A stretch of DNA of 56,853 nt from Verrucomicrobiia bacterium. GTDB taxonomy: Bacteria; Verrucomicrobiota; Verrucomicrobiia; Limisphaerales; JAJOIW01. Numbering within the stretch: position 1 is the first letter of the stretch; every line of letters starts with the position of its first letter. Positions 29,211 to 39,570 of the stretch are shown piece after piece. The translations under genes and the position numbers were made by a program. The stretch is taken from NCBI GenBank assembly GCA_030425355.1, contig JAUIAG010000002.1, positions 1-56,853 of the forward strand, in the 5' to 3' direction. Under the pieces are notes generated by a model. The model did no database searches. It was not told the origin of the DNA and worked only from the letters and a program-made list of their open reading frames with translations.

Positions 29211-30962
29211 ATGCATTTCAAACAACAACTTCATCGCGATGGCGGCACTTTGCGGTCTGCCCTGATAATTCATGTATGCGCCCTGATCCTCTGGGGCTGG
29301 TCGGGTGGTGTTCGAGGCGAGAAATTTTTTGACTCCGGGCACCTGATGGAAGTGAGGATTTCGCTGCCTGCCGATGACTGGGCTGAGCTGTGCAGCCAGA
29401 CGCGGAATTTCGCACAGGCTTTGAGTGAGGAACGAAAGGATGGCGTTTTCTCTGATCCGTTTTCCTACTTTGCGGCAGATGTGACTATCGACGGGAGGGA
29501 ATTCAAGGGGGTCGGAATCCGTAAGAAGGGCTTTCTGGGCTCACTTGATCCGATAAGGCCCTCACTCAAAGTCAAACTGGATTACGGGGATGCGGATTAT
29601 GAGATCGAGGGGATGGACAAGCTGACTCTCAATAACTGCAAACAGGATGCGCCGATCATCAATCAGTATCTTGCCTATCGGCTTTTCAACGCGGCGGGAG
29701 TCCCGGCTCCGAGGGCCAGCTTCGCGCATGTATGGGTGAATGGCCAGAACCTTGGAATCTATTGCAATGTTGAGTCCATGGAGAAACCCATGATCCGGCG
29801 GCATTTCGGCAATGCGGACGGAGCGTTGTTTGAAGGGACGGCCACCGATTTCTATCCCGGGTGGCAAAGATCCATTGAGCACAAGTTCGGGGATGAGAAA
29901 TGGGGCATGTCCCGTATCGGGGCCCTGATTGAAGCCCTTGAAATGAAGGGCGGCGAATCCCTTGAAGTGATTGAGAAGATTGTGGATCTGGACTCCTTCA
30001 TCCGCTACTGGGCGGTCGAGGGTCTTATTGGGTTCTGGGACGGCTACTCCGGGAACTCAAATAATTACTTTTTTCATATCCCGGAATCCGATGGGAAAAT
30101 GCACTTCATGCCATGGGGCGCCGATTCAGTTTTCACCACCAGGGAGATGTTCCGGCAGAATGTCAGGTATCAGTCAATCAAGACCAGTGGACGGCTTGCC
30201 GGGAGACTGTATTCGTTTCCGGAAATACGTCAACGATATGCTTCCGCGCTGCGGGAGGTTCTTGAGAAGCACTGGGATGAGGAGGCGATGCTGAATGAAG
30301 TCGACCAGTTTGAATCACTGCTTGGACCCCATGTGCACTCAGAGCAGGCCGGATATGATCGCGCGATGGATGAGTTGAGAGATTTTATCCGCAACCGCCG
30401 TGAGTCACTGCTCACCGAGATCGCCGATGGCCTTCCGGATGATGTGGAGGTCCGGGAACAGGAGCCACTTTTCTTTTCGACGATTGCACGGATGGACATC
30501 AAATTTTCCGGAGAATGGCGGGATGGCGGACTGCAATCCGCGAAATCCGCCACCGGAGAAGTGACAGGTTCTGTCACCTACGGAGAGGAAGCGGTGGATA
30601 TGGAAGGCAGCATAGTGGTTGCCGGCCCCGCCCCAAGACGCGGGTTCGGATTCGGCCGCCGCGAAGAACCGGATGAGCCGCCGGTTCAGCTGTCCATTAA
30701 AATACCAGCCGAAAACAGGGACGATTCTCTCACATGGAATATCATGATCGAAGGCGCCAAATTCAAGGTGTCGGACGATGCAGTACCCGGAGGGGGAACA
30801 CTGGTCAAGGGACAGCCGCGCGGATTCTTCTTTGGCCCGGGTGGCTCCATGGTGGAGGCAGAGGTCGTATTCGATGCAGTTTCAACAACAGAAAAAGGGA
30901 GAGTCAGCGGCACTATCAAGGCGCGGGCCATGCAGATGAGCCGGTCTCCATTTTCTCAATAA
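29211..30962 (+). CDS. CotH-family atypical protein kinase-like protein, exported/anchored
   Basis: LTLNNCKQDAPIINQYLAYRLFNAAGVPAPRASFAHVWVNGQNLGIYCNVE and NNYFFHI..MPWGADSVF resemble the CotH domain. ATG at 29211 (the track uses GTG at 29202). Confidence 0.7.
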   Translation: MHFKQQLHRDGGTLRSALIIHVCALILWGWSGGVRGEKFFDSGHLMEVRISLPADDWAELCSQTRNFAQALSEERKDGVFSDPFSYFAADVTIDGREFKGVGIRKKGFLGSLDPIRPSLKVKLDYGDADYEIEGMDKLTLNNCKQDAPIINQYLAYRLFNAAGVPAPRASFAHVWVNGQNLGIYCNVESMEKPMIRRHFGNADGALFEGTATDFYPGWQRSIEHKFGDEKWGMSRIGALIEALEMKGGESLEVIEKIVDLDSFIRYWAVEGLIGFWDGYSGNSNNYFFHIPESDGKMHFMPWGADSVFTTREMFRQNVRYQSIKTSGRLAGRLYSFPEIRQRYASALREVLEKHWDEEAMLNEVDQFESLLGPHVHSEQAGYDRAMDELRDFIRNRRESLLTEIADGLPDDVEVREQEPLFFSTIARMDIKFSGEWRDGGLQSAKSATGEVTGSVTYGEEAVDMEGSIVVAGPAPRRGFGFGRREEPDEPPVQLSIKIPAENRDDSLTWNIMIEGAKFKVSDDAVPGGGTLVKGQPRGFFFGPGGSMVEAEVVFDAVSTTEKGRVSGTIKARAMQMSRSPFSQ

Positions 30963-31032
30963 GCAGCTCGGGTCGGAACCGGCTGCCGGCTGGTTGAATA
31001 CCACCATACCCATTCAATCTGTCAGAGCCGTA

Positions 31033-32055
31033 TCAGGCGGCAACAACTTCGATCTGAAGGAAGCCCGCATTGGCATTGGCTGGTGCGACAATTTGAGGAA
31101 TCCCGTGAAGAATATCAAGTGACTGTCGGTGAATGTGACCCGCGAATACGGCGAGGAGATTCGGGGCACTGAAAACAGCTTCGTGAAAAGCCATGGTGGC
31201 AGGAGTGTGTCCGGCAACCGGCCAGCGGGGGCGTCGTTCAATGAGATAATTTCTGTCGGAGTCATGGCCCCAGTCCGGGTGCCCGCACCCGAATCCCACC
31301 GGCCGTCCAGGGGCATAAAGCGGGATGTGGAGCATGAGTATCAACGGTGCTTTTGTAGAAACCTCTGACTTGAAGAAAGCCAGCTGCTCAGGAGTGATCT
31401 GATAGTCAGAGTTGTCGATGGCAACAATTCGTACACCTTTACAGACCCGGCTGAACATGAGGGGATTGGCAGACTGATAGAGCGGAAGCAGTCTTTTGTT
31501 TATCCACGTTTCTCTTAACTCCTGCAGTGTCCCTGGCATGCCTTCATAGTGCCAGTCGTGATTCCCTGCGACATACAGGTAGTCCATATCAGCATCGGCG
31601 AGCTGACTCTGGACCCACTCGATGGCGGCTTCCGAGGGAAAACTGAATAAATCCCCGACTATGGAGAATAGATCAGAATTATTTTCCTGAGCCAGGTGGA
31701 CAGACTGCCTGAAGCCCGATTCGGGGTCAGTCTGCTCGCCGGTTTTGAAGTGGGCGGTCTGATTGTAGGCTTTGGCCATGCGTGCACTGTATTCGCGATA
31801 CGGATCCCCGCGTTGGTCATCACGGAACAAATGAGTATCAGCAATCATGGTGATGCGCACGGTGTCAGAGAAACCCGCAAGGTATATCTGCACCTTTTGT
31901 TCGTTCATTGAGAAGGAATAGTCGATCCTCTCCTGCGATGGTTGACCAGAGACTTCGTTGCCAGCCCATGAGTGGCTCAGGAAAGGCATTCCGGCAGATG
32001 CGCCCAGTGCACCGGCCGAAAGTCCGGAATGGCGAAGGAAATCACGTCTGTTCAT
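31033..32055 (-). CDS. Tat-exported calcineurin-like metallophosphoesterase
   Basis: Twin-arginine leader MNRRDFLRHSGLSAGALG. Motifs IADTH, GDLF, GNHDW and GHIH. Confidence 0.8.
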   Translation of the reverse strand: MNRRDFLRHSGLSAGALGASAGMPFLSHSWAGNEVSGQPSQERIDYSFSMNEQKVQIYLAGFSDTVRITMIADTHLFRDDQRGDPYREYSARMAKAYNQTAHFKTGEQTDPESGFRQSVHLAQENNSDLFSIVGDLFSFPSEAAIEWVQSQLADADMDYLYVAGNHDWHYEGMPGTLQELRETWINKRLLPLYQSANPLMFSRVCKGVRIVAIDNSDYQITPEQLAFFKSEVSTKAPLILMLHIPLYAPGRPVGFGCGHPDWGHDSDRNYLIERRPRWPVAGHTPATMAFHEAVFSAPNLLAVFAGHIHRQSLDILHGIPQIVAPANANAGFLQIEVVAA

Positions 32056-32186
32056 TAAATCTCTCCATTTATGTTTTAGTGATAATATGCGGCTTCAGAT
32101 CGGGACAATGCTTTGGATGAGAATCCCGCATTGCCCTGCCCTTCCGCGCCCCGGATGAGGGCGGTGAGACTGGTTTGGGAGTGTGG

Positions 32187-34169
32187 TCATGGCCGGACGG
32201 TCTCACCGGTGCCTGCAGTCTGTCGTGCTTCACCCGGACTATGCCACAACTGCTCAGGCAGAAAACGCATTCTTCCGAGTTGTGGATGATAAAAACCGAA
32301 TCCAAAGGATCGGCGATGAGTCTGCTGCAGGGATTTTATATGAATGGAATGGAACCCTTCCTCAAGGACCAGGCTGCAGTTGAGCTGCTTTGAGCCCCTG
32401 GAGGTGAAAACCTTTTTATCATCGACATGTATCTCCAGTCCTTTTGAATCCAGGGCGTAAAAGGTGTAAGTATCAGTGGTCGGCACCTCAAGGTACCCGT
32501 CCACAATCATTCCCCAAAGCGGCGCCCCGTCGGGAGGAAATGATTCAAAGCTCAGGGATGACAGGAGCCCCTGGTCCCTGATATTTCCGTCCCGAAAGAA
32601 ACCTTCCTTCTCTGATTTCCAGTCCCCTTCGTAATACCTGTATGCCAGTCCGGGAAGTCTGCTGCCCAACTGAACCGATGGAAGGGGATGCATCTTTTCA
32701 AACACCCGCGTATTGACTCTTCCAGCTTTGCCGTCATTTGAAAATGAACGGGCTTTGAGGGTGGCTGATTCCCGGAGCTTGATGGGACCTGTGTAGTGGA
32801 TCGAACGGGATGTTGGCTCTGTGCCGTCAAGAGTGTAGTAGATATCGATGTTTTCAAGCCCGGGGTCAATGTGGATTTCTGTCGATTCTTGAAAAACTGA
32901 GAGACTGGACCGTATCACAGGAACTGGTGGTTGAATAACGGAAACCTGATCTGCTTTTTCCTTTTTCAATTCGAAGGCGTCAAAAACCCGGCCTTCATAA
33001 TCAATGGCCTTGAAAACCAGTGTCCTGTCAAAAATTGAAAATGTGCAGAAATGGTGACCGTCGAGCTGTTCAAGGGTGAACCAGTTCCTTGTTGGAGTAA
33101 ACTCCTCGATGTATCCACCGGCTCCACCAGAGTTGATATAAATAGTGCCTTCCTCCTGGTTTATGCGGCCATCTTTCAGGGGCCATGATCGCTCATACAG
33201 ATGAGTATGACCAAACAGACAGAAATCCACATTGTATTGATCGTAAAGAGGCACAAGGTTGCGTGCATGTGTACCGAGAGTCGACAGAGCCTTGTAGCTG
33301 TCTCCATGGTCATTCGAATCCGAGGAATAAGGAGGGTGATGATGAACGGCGATTTTCCATGTTGCAGTGGATTTTGCCAGAGCCTGATCAAGCCAGTTGA
33401 ACTGTTCCGACCCCTCCGACACGTCGCGGTTGGAATCAATCATGAAAAATTCAGCATTCCCATATTGAAATGAATAAAAATACTCCGGCTTTGGATTCTT
33501 CATGTACTGGTAATAAAAGTCGGCATCGCCCTCATGATTTCCAAGAACGGTGAAAATCGGGACCCTGGCCATCAGGGCCTGCCCGCCCGGGAAGAAATGC
33601 TCAATCCAGTCCTCCTTTCTTGGGCCCCAGTCGACCAGGTCTCCGGCCAGGACGACGAAATTCGGGCGTTTCCGCCATATCTGTTTTGATATAACGCTCC
33701 ATGCCCATGGAGTTTCACCGTTGCGCTGCGTATCCCCAATCAGTGCGAACATATAGGCCGTATCGTCATTTACTGCTGTCCTGAATGTATAAGTCGGACT
33801 GATCCATTTTTTACCGGACTCCCACCGGGTGACCACTCTCCAGAAATAATTTGATTCTGCTTTAAGGCCGGTGAGCTCCACCTCATGCATACGCCGATAC
33901 CCATCGATGGATTTCTGTTCGGAAAGGTTGGGTTCTGTTGCATTGAGCAGGGCTTCCCCATATTCCACCGTGGATGTTGCCGGTTCCTCAGTTTCCCATA
34001 AAATGGTCATGCTGTCCCTGGTCGACCATTGCATATAGGGCAGCACGACAATTCCTGGCTCCCTGCCATCCTGCGGCTGTTCCTGTTCTGTTTCCTGTGC
34101 GACAGAATGAAAATCGAAGAGGGACATCAGTGCCAATATAGATAGGAATGCGAGAATTTTGTTCTTCAT
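32187..34169 (-). CDS. Purple-acid-phosphatase-like metallophosphoesterase with C-terminal carbohydrate-binding-like domains
   Basis: Signal peptide from the ATG at 34169. Motifs GDTQ, GDLVDWG, GNHE, HHHPPYSS and GHTHLYER. IYYTLDGTEPT is a chitobiase/FN3-associated motif. A PA14-like tail follows (YRYYEGDW...TYTFYALDSKG). Confidence 0.8.
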   Translation of the reverse strand: MKNKILAFLSILALMSLFDFHSVAQETEQEQPQDGREPGIVVLPYMQWSTRDSMTILWETEEPATSTVEYGEALLNATEPNLSEQKSIDGYRRMHEVELTGLKAESNYFWRVVTRWESGKKWISPTYTFRTAVNDDTAYMFALIGDTQRNGETPWAWSVISKQIWRKRPNFVVLAGDLVDWGPRKEDWIEHFFPGGQALMARVPIFTVLGNHEGDADFYYQYMKNPKPEYFYSFQYGNAEFFMIDSNRDVSEGSEQFNWLDQALAKSTATWKIAVHHHPPYSSDSNDHGDSYKALSTLGTHARNLVPLYDQYNVDFCLFGHTHLYERSWPLKDGRINQEEGTIYINSGGAGGYIEEFTPTRNWFTLEQLDGHHFCTFSIFDRTLVFKAIDYEGRVFDAFELKKEKADQVSVIQPPVPVIRSSLSVFQESTEIHIDPGLENIDIYYTLDGTEPTSRSIHYTGPIKLRESATLKARSFSNDGKAGRVNTRVFEKMHPLPSVQLGSRLPGLAYRYYEGDWKSEKEGFFRDGNIRDQGLLSSLSFESFPPDGAPLWGMIVDGYLEVPTTDTYTFYALDSKGLEIHVDDKKVFTSRGSKQLNCSLVLEEGFHSIHIKSLQQTHRRSFGFGFYHPQLGRMRFLPEQLWHSPGEARQTAGTGETVRP

Positions 34170-34714
34170 ATGCGTGAATCCACAGAAAATCACCCGGTCA
34201 GTGAGTGTTGGAATCAGCGTATCGCCTGCCCGATGTGAGTCAACTCCTATTTGCCCGCAGAACCACGCCACGACTGACAGTAAAGCCTTTATAGCCCGGT
34301 CACCGGGCGATCATGCGTTTACACAAATCAGTTGGTGGAATTGTGTGAGGCAGATTAATTAAGTGAATGAATAAACCAAGGCTGAAGGTGTACCTTCAGG
34401 GCTGTGAACCGGAGATAGATACTGGAAAAACTCTCCTTTACCGGACAGGGGGCATCGATCGGTGTCGTCTCAATACCAAGCACTCTTTGAGCGCGACAAT
34501 GAGTAAAGGGGTTCACACTTCGCGGCACTTCATTGATTACTACTGAAAACCGGAGAAGGCAGGTGTTGGAATCGGAATGAACTCCGATCCTTCCGCTCAC
34601 CTGATGAACAGAGATTGAAGTTGGAAAATGAATGGAAGAAGAGTTCTTTTGATTAACTGTTGAAACTGATTTTGAATCAGCCACATGTGGAATGTTCCGG
34701 ATTGTTCCGCGCAC

Positions 34715-34740
34715 AAAAAAGCCGGTCTACAGGGACCGGC
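34715..34740 (-). terminator. Rho-independent terminator after sdhB
   Basis: On the minus strand, GCCGGTC-CCTGTA-GACCGGC followed by TTTTTTGTG, about 35 nt after the sdhB stop. Confidence 0.7.
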
Positions 34741-34774
34741 CGCTGAATGATGAAATAATATAAACTCGGGAGAT

Positions 34775-35527
34775 TCAGACTCCGACGCCCTTGAGGACGC
34801 CAAGAGCATAGTCCTTGTTGAGCTTGGAGATGACGTCGAGTGGAATTTCCTTGGGGCAGACAGCCGCGCAGGCACCCGTGACGGTGCAGGCACCGAAGCC
34901 TTCGCTGTCCATGGCCTCCACCATGTTGACAGCACGCGTGAAACGCTCCGGATGCCCCTGTGGCAGGACGTTGAGATGGGTGACCTTGGCCCCGACAAAA
35001 AGCATTGCTGATGAGTTTTTACAGGCGGCCACACAGGCGCCGCAGCCAATGCATGTTGCCGCGTCGAAGGCATAATCAGCGTCTATTTTGGCTATCGGAG
35101 TGGCGTTGGCGTCCGGAGCTCCTCCTGTGTTGACGGAGATGTAACCTCCACTCTGGATAACCCGGTCAAAGGCAGTCCGGTCGACGACAAGGTCTTTAAG
35201 CACCGGGAAGGCTTTGGCGCGCCATGGTTCGATGGTGATGGTCTGCCCGTCTTCGAAGGACCGCATGTGGAGCTGACAGACGGTGGTGCCTTTCTGGCCT
35301 CCGTGAGGAATGCCATTCACCACAAGGGAACACATTCCACAGATGCCTTCACGACAGTCAGAATCGAAATCAATCGGCTCATGGCCGCCGGTGATCAAAT
35401 CTTCATTGACGACATCCAGCATCTCGAGGAAAGACATTTCACCCTGTATGTCCTTTGCCTGGTAGGTTTCGAAGCGACCGGCGGTGTCAGGGCCGCCCTG
35501 CCGCCAGACTTTTAATGTGAAGTTCAT
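34775..35527 (-). CDS. sdhB: Succinate dehydrogenase/fumarate reductase iron-sulfur subunit
   Basis: Three Fe-S cysteine clusters: [20 protein letters not shown] and [12 protein letters not shown]. The ATG overlaps the sdhA stop (TAATG). Confidence 0.95.
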   Translation of the reverse strand: MNFTLKVWRQGGPDTAGRFETYQAKDIQGEMSFLEMLDVVNEDLITGGHEPIDFDSDCREGICGMCSLVVNGIPHGGQKGTTVCQLHMRSFEDGQTITIEPWRAKAFPVLKDLVVDRTAFDRVIQSGGYISVNTGGAPDANATPIAKIDADYAFDAATCIGCGACVAACKNSSAMLFVGAKVTHLNVLPQGHPERFTRAVNMVEAMDSEGFGACTVTGACAAVCPKEIPLDVISKLNKDYALGVLKGVGV

Positions 35528-37437
35528 TATTTGTAGCTCCTTTGTGTCATTTTGACTTCTTCGTAGACCAGAGGCTCCTTCTCTAGTGAGGGACGGGATG
35601 AGTCACCCGTGAAGCCCCAGGCCGAGACGTAGGCGAAATCTTCATCATTGCGCAAAGCTTCCCCGTCAGGTGTCTGGTGTTCGGTCCGGAAGTGCCCGCC
35701 GCAGCTTTCATCGCGCTCCAGGGCATCAAGACACATGAGTTCACCGAATTCGAGGAAGTCAGCCACGCGTCCAGCGTGCTCAAGCGTTTTATTGATGCCT
35801 TCCGGTTCGCCGGTGACCTTCACATTCTGCCAGAATTCCTCGCGGATGGACGGGATGAGTCGGATGGCTTCCTCAAGACCTTCCTTGTTGCGCGCCATGC
35901 CGCATTTGTCCCAGATCATTTTTCCAACTTCCCGGTGGAAGGACCGTACAGTCCTCTTCCCGTCGATGGAAAGAAGCTTCTGGATCCGCTCGTTGACCTG
36001 TTTCTCGACATCGCGGAATTCCTGGCTGGAATCGGATGGACAGTTTTTCGGGGTGGTGGCGAAGTAATGGCCGATGGTGTAGGGAATGACAAAGTAGCCA
36101 TCGGCGAGACCCTGCATGAGCGCGCTCGCCCCAAGCCGGTTCGCACCGTGGTCGGAAAAGTTGGCCTCTCCCAATACGAAGAGCCCCGGGATATTGCTCA
36201 TCAGGTTGTAGTCAACCCACAGCCCTCCCATGGTGTAGTGGACGGCCGGGTAGATCCTCATCGGAGTCTTGTAGGCATTTTCACCGGCAATCTTTTCATA
36301 CATCTGGAAGAGGTTGCCATATCGCGCACGAATGGCATCTTCGCTGTCCCGGCGGATGGCATCTGAAAAATCAAGGTAGACTCCGAGCCCGCCGGGGCCG
36401 ACTCCACGGCCTTCATCGCAGACTTCCTTGGCAGCCCGTGATGCGATATCGCGGGGAGCAAGGTTGCCGAAACTCGGGTATTTCCGCTCGAGATAATAAT
36501 CGCGTTCGTCTTCAGGAATGTCCGAGGCAGCCCGGGTGTCGCCCGGCTTTTTGGGAACCCAGACGCGTCCGTCATTGCGGAGGGACTCTGACATGAGTGT
36601 CAGTTTTGACTGGTAATCGCCATTGACGGGGATACAGGTGGGGTGAATCTGCGTGTAGCACGGATTGGCAAACAGCGCACCGCGTTTGTAAGCCCGGAAG
36701 GCCGCAGTGACATTGCATCCCACCGCGTTGGTGGAGAGATAAAAGGCGTTGCCGTAACCGCCGGTGGCGAGGACAACCGCATCGGCGGAGTGACTGGTCA
36801 CCCTGCCGGTGTTCAGGTCGCGGACCACGATACCTTTGGCGTGACCATCGACAAGGACCAAATCCAGCATTTCGGTGCGACTGAACATCTGCACGGCACC
36901 TTTGGCAATCTGCTTGGCCAGTGCCTGATATGCTCCAAGCAGCAGCTGCTGACCGGTCTGGCCCCGTGCATAGAAAGTGCGGCTGACCTGGGCGCCCCCG
37001 AAGGACCGGTTGGCAAGGTGGCCGCCATATTCACGGGCAAAGGGTACACCCTGGGCCACACACTGATCTATGATGTTGGTGCTGACCTGGGCAAGGCGGT
37101 AGACGTTGGCCTCGCGGGCACGGAAGTCGCCACCCTTGATGGTGTCGTAAAACAGCCGGTAGGTGCTGTCACCGTCATTCTGGTAATTCTTTGCGGCGTT
37201 GATTCCGCCCTGGGCCGCGATGCTGTGGGCTCGTCTTGGGCTGTCCTGATAGCAGAAGCATTTGACCTTGTAACCCAGCTCTGAAAGTGTGGCCGACGCG
37301 GAGGCACCTGCCAGACCGGAACCCACAACAATAACCGTGAATTTCCGCTTGTTGGCAGGGTTGACAAGCTTGAGGTCAAAACGGTGCTTGTCCCATTTCT
37401 GCGCCAGTGGTCCCGATGGAATTTTTGAATCCAGCAT
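35527..37437 (-). CDS. sdhA: Succinate dehydrogenase/fumarate reductase flavoprotein subunit
   Basis: [14 protein letters not shown] fold, [12 protein letters not shown] (covalent FAD His), HYTMGG, and 636 aa length. Confidence 0.95.
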   Translation of the reverse strand: MLDSKIPSGPLAQKWDKHRFDLKLVNPANKRKFTVIVVGSGLAGASASATLSELGYKVKCFCYQDSPRRAHSIAAQGGINAAKNYQNDGDSTYRLFYDTIKGGDFRAREANVYRLAQVSTNIIDQCVAQGVPFAREYGGHLANRSFGGAQVSRTFYARGQTGQQLLLGAYQALAKQIAKGAVQMFSRTEMLDLVLVDGHAKGIVVRDLNTGRVTSHSADAVVLATGGYGNAFYLSTNAVGCNVTAAFRAYKRGALFANPCYTQIHPTCIPVNGDYQSKLTLMSESLRNDGRVWVPKKPGDTRAASDIPEDERDYYLERKYPSFGNLAPRDIASRAAKEVCDEGRGVGPGGLGVYLDFSDAIRRDSEDAIRARYGNLFQMYEKIAGENAYKTPMRIYPAVHYTMGGLWVDYNLMSNIPGLFVLGEANFSDHGANRLGASALMQGLADGYFVIPYTIGHYFATTPKNCPSDSSQEFRDVEKQVNERIQKLLSIDGKRTVRSFHREVGKMIWDKCGMARNKEGLEEAIRLIPSIREEFWQNVKVTGEPEGINKTLEHAGRVADFLEFGELMCLDALERDESCGGHFRTEHQTPDGEALRNDEDFAYVSAWGFTGDSSRPSLEKEPLVYEEVKMTQRSYK

Positions 37438-37446
37438 ATCTCTGTC

Positions 37447-38136
37447 CTATTTTGGCAAATCTACAAAACCGAGGAGGATCGAAATGGGGATCGCGATGTT
37501 CCCCACAAAGATGACAACCCACGAGACAAGGGCAAACTTGTCGATCAAAGGTTTGTATTTGGAGTTCCGAAGACCCACCGACTGAAAAAGTGCGCTCAGA
37601 CCATGGCTGAGGTGGAGACACAGCAGCACCATGGAGATGATGTAGAAGGCTGAGACCCACCAGATACTGAAGCCCTCGACCACCATGCCGAAGACGTCAT
37701 GCAGTCCCTCCGAATCCTTCATCGCATAGTGATCCGGAAATATGACTCCGCCGGTGAAATGAAGGAGATGGAAGATGATGAAAGCCAGGATGACAAGTCC
37801 GCTCAGCGCCATGCTCCGGGATGCGAAACTCGATCCGTTGTTGGAGGGATTGTCATAAGGATCGTTGCCGCGGGCACGCTTGTTCTCAAGGCTCAATCCA
37901 ATGGCGGTTTTGATGTGCAATACAACTATCGCCAGAAGACCAAGCCTGAAAGCCCAGAGAACCAGAGGTTTGGACTTCAGAAAGTGTGCGTAATGGTTCA
38001 GGGATTCCTGACCAGTAAAAATTTGAAGATTCCCGATCAGGTGGACAACTACAAACCCGTAGAGGAGGAAACCCGTCACCGCCATGAGCAGCTTCTTCCC
38101 TACCGATGTCCTGAAAAAGGCCATGAGTGCTTTCAT
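37447..38136 (-). CDS. sdhC: Succinate dehydrogenase cytochrome b subunit (single-subunit, 5-TM type)
   Basis: 229 aa with five TM helices bearing conserved His residues. First gene of the sdhCAB cluster. Confidence 0.85.
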   Translation of the reverse strand: MKALMAFFRTSVGKKLLMAVTGFLLYGFVVVHLIGNLQIFTGQESLNHYAHFLKSKPLVLWAFRLGLLAIVVLHIKTAIGLSLENKRARGNDPYDNPSNNGSSFASRSMALSGLVILAFIIFHLLHFTGGVIFPDHYAMKDSEGLHDVFGMVVEGFSIWWVSAFYIISMVLLCLHLSHGLSALFQSVGLRNSKYKPLIDKFALVSWVVIFVGNIAIPISILLGFVDLPK

Positions 38137-38440
38137 TTTTTGTGTGATCCCAGGCCGTTGGCGGCCAGTCTCTTGACATTGTTAAATCATCTTCGCCCGG
38201 TCGGCGCAACCAGATAACGGTTTCTGTCTGTTCGGAAATTTATAACATTTCTGTATGCCTTCACAAATCGTGTCCAACTTATGTCAACGCGCTGTTCACC
38301 CTGTCGCGACTTATTGTCAACAAACAAGCTCCAAAGCCAATTTCCGGTCAGGACCGGCCAATTGACGGTGAGCCTGAATGGCCGATATGGGGTCAAAATA
38401 TTAGTCAATCCCCCAACAAAAGGAAAGGAAAGGCACTACC

Positions 38441-38737
38441 ATGAAACCCGCTCCGGAAGAAAAAAGCAGAATATCCACGCCCACACCGGCCAACGTCTCC
38501 GATGCAACGGAAACAGATACTGAGGTCTACACCCGCGCCGGACACGGTCCCGCGGCGGGCGCCGAATCCGGCAGGGAAGACGAATACTGCGAGTGCGCGC
38601 CTGAAGCGGATGTTATCGATCCGGCCCTGACCTGCGGCGCCTGTGGCAAGGAACGCATGATGTGGGAGGATCTGGAGCATCGCAGGGGCAAAATGACCGA
38701 GTTACTCAAGAAGATTCTCAGCACCTATCGGAACTGA
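38441..38737 (+). CDS. Small acidic protein with a CxC...CxxC motif, hypothetical
   Basis: 98 aa. AAGGAAAGGAAAGG lies about 8 nt upstream of the ATG. The motif reads EYCECAPEADVIDPALTCGACGK. Confidence 0.4.
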   Translation: MKPAPEEKSRISTPTPANVSDATETDTEVYTRAGHGPAAGAESGREDEYCECAPEADVIDPALTCGACGKERMMWEDLEHRRGKMTELLKKILSTYRN

Positions 38738-38743
38738 GCGCAC

Positions 38744-38761
38744 ATAGGGCCCTTCGGCCTG
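38744..38761 (+). repeat. 18-nt motif ATAGGGCCCTTCGGCCTG, copy 1
   Basis: An exact 18-mer that also occurs at 49757-49774. It contains a GGCC-CTTC-GGCC mini-hairpin. Confidence 0.6.
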
Positions 38762-38829
38762 ATTCCGGACCGCGATGGCCTGTCTGGATTTCCTTGCGGC
38801 GGTGAGTGTTGCCCGGCACTCTCCGCCGC

Positions 38830-39486
38830 ATGTCTTTCAGGCTGCTGCAGAAGCGATGGTTCATAGCCCTCGAATTCCTGCTATTGTTCATTGGATTCCC
38901 GGTGATTGCCTGGCTTGAATGGTTTCAAGTCAGCATTTTCGTTATCTACCTGATTCCGGTTCTGTGGTCGATTGCCGTCTACTTTATGGTCATCGGGCCT
39001 TCGCTGCAGGATACCGGGGAACCTCCCCGTAAAACTACCTTCCCTGATCCCGGTCAGTGGATTGTAAAAACTGTTTGCATTGTCGGCGGCATCGCCCTGC
39101 TCGCATGGCTGCTGGAGCGTGAGAATTTTCTGGGAATCCCCCGGCACAGACCCGGGCTATGGGCGATAATATTGGTTTTTTATCCGCTTATTTCGGTTGC
39201 ACCCCAGGAGTTCCTTTACCGGGTCTTTTATTTTCACCGCTACAACTCCCTGTTCCCGGGTAAAACGATGCTGCTGGTTTCCAACACCCTGGTTTTTGCG
39301 GGACTGCATGTCATGTATGACAACTGGCTCGCCCCGGCCCTGACTCTCGCCGGGGGATGGCTTTTCGCCCTCAGCTGGCACAGACATCACAATTTTCTGC
39401 TCTTATGGCTCGAGCATGCCCTCTATGGCCTCGCCATCTTCACCTTCGGACTGGGCCGCTACTTCTTTGAGGCACCCGGCCAGTAG
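38830..39486 (+). CDS. CPBP-family intramembrane glutamic endopeptidase (CAAX protease-like)
   Basis: Polytopic. Carries PQEFLYRVF (an EExxxR-like motif) and FAGLHVMYDNW (FxxxH). The ATG at 38830 is preferred over the GTG at 38806. Confidence 0.7.
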   Translation: MSFRLLQKRWFIALEFLLLFIGFPVIAWLEWFQVSIFVIYLIPVLWSIAVYFMVIGPSLQDTGEPPRKTTFPDPGQWIVKTVCIVGGIALLAWLLERENFLGIPRHRPGLWAIILVFYPLISVAPQEFLYRVFYFHRYNSLFPGKTMLLVSNTLVFAGLHVMYDNWLAPALTLAGGWLFALSWHRHHNFLLLWLEHALYGLAIFTFGLGRYFFEAPGQ

Positions 39487-39570
39487 CCCCCCACTCCGCC
39501 CGCTCGAGACCGGACGTCACGTATCACGTACAAAGTGCCTGGCACCTGGCGCGCCGGGGCAGTGACTGTA

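Noticed and set aside
34355-34714. 119-aa minus-strand ORF between the sdh terminator and the phosphatase gene
   Set aside because: It starts inside the terminator region and its sequence is Ser/Val/His-rich and motif-free. It probably belongs to the promoter/UTR region of the 32187-34169 gene.
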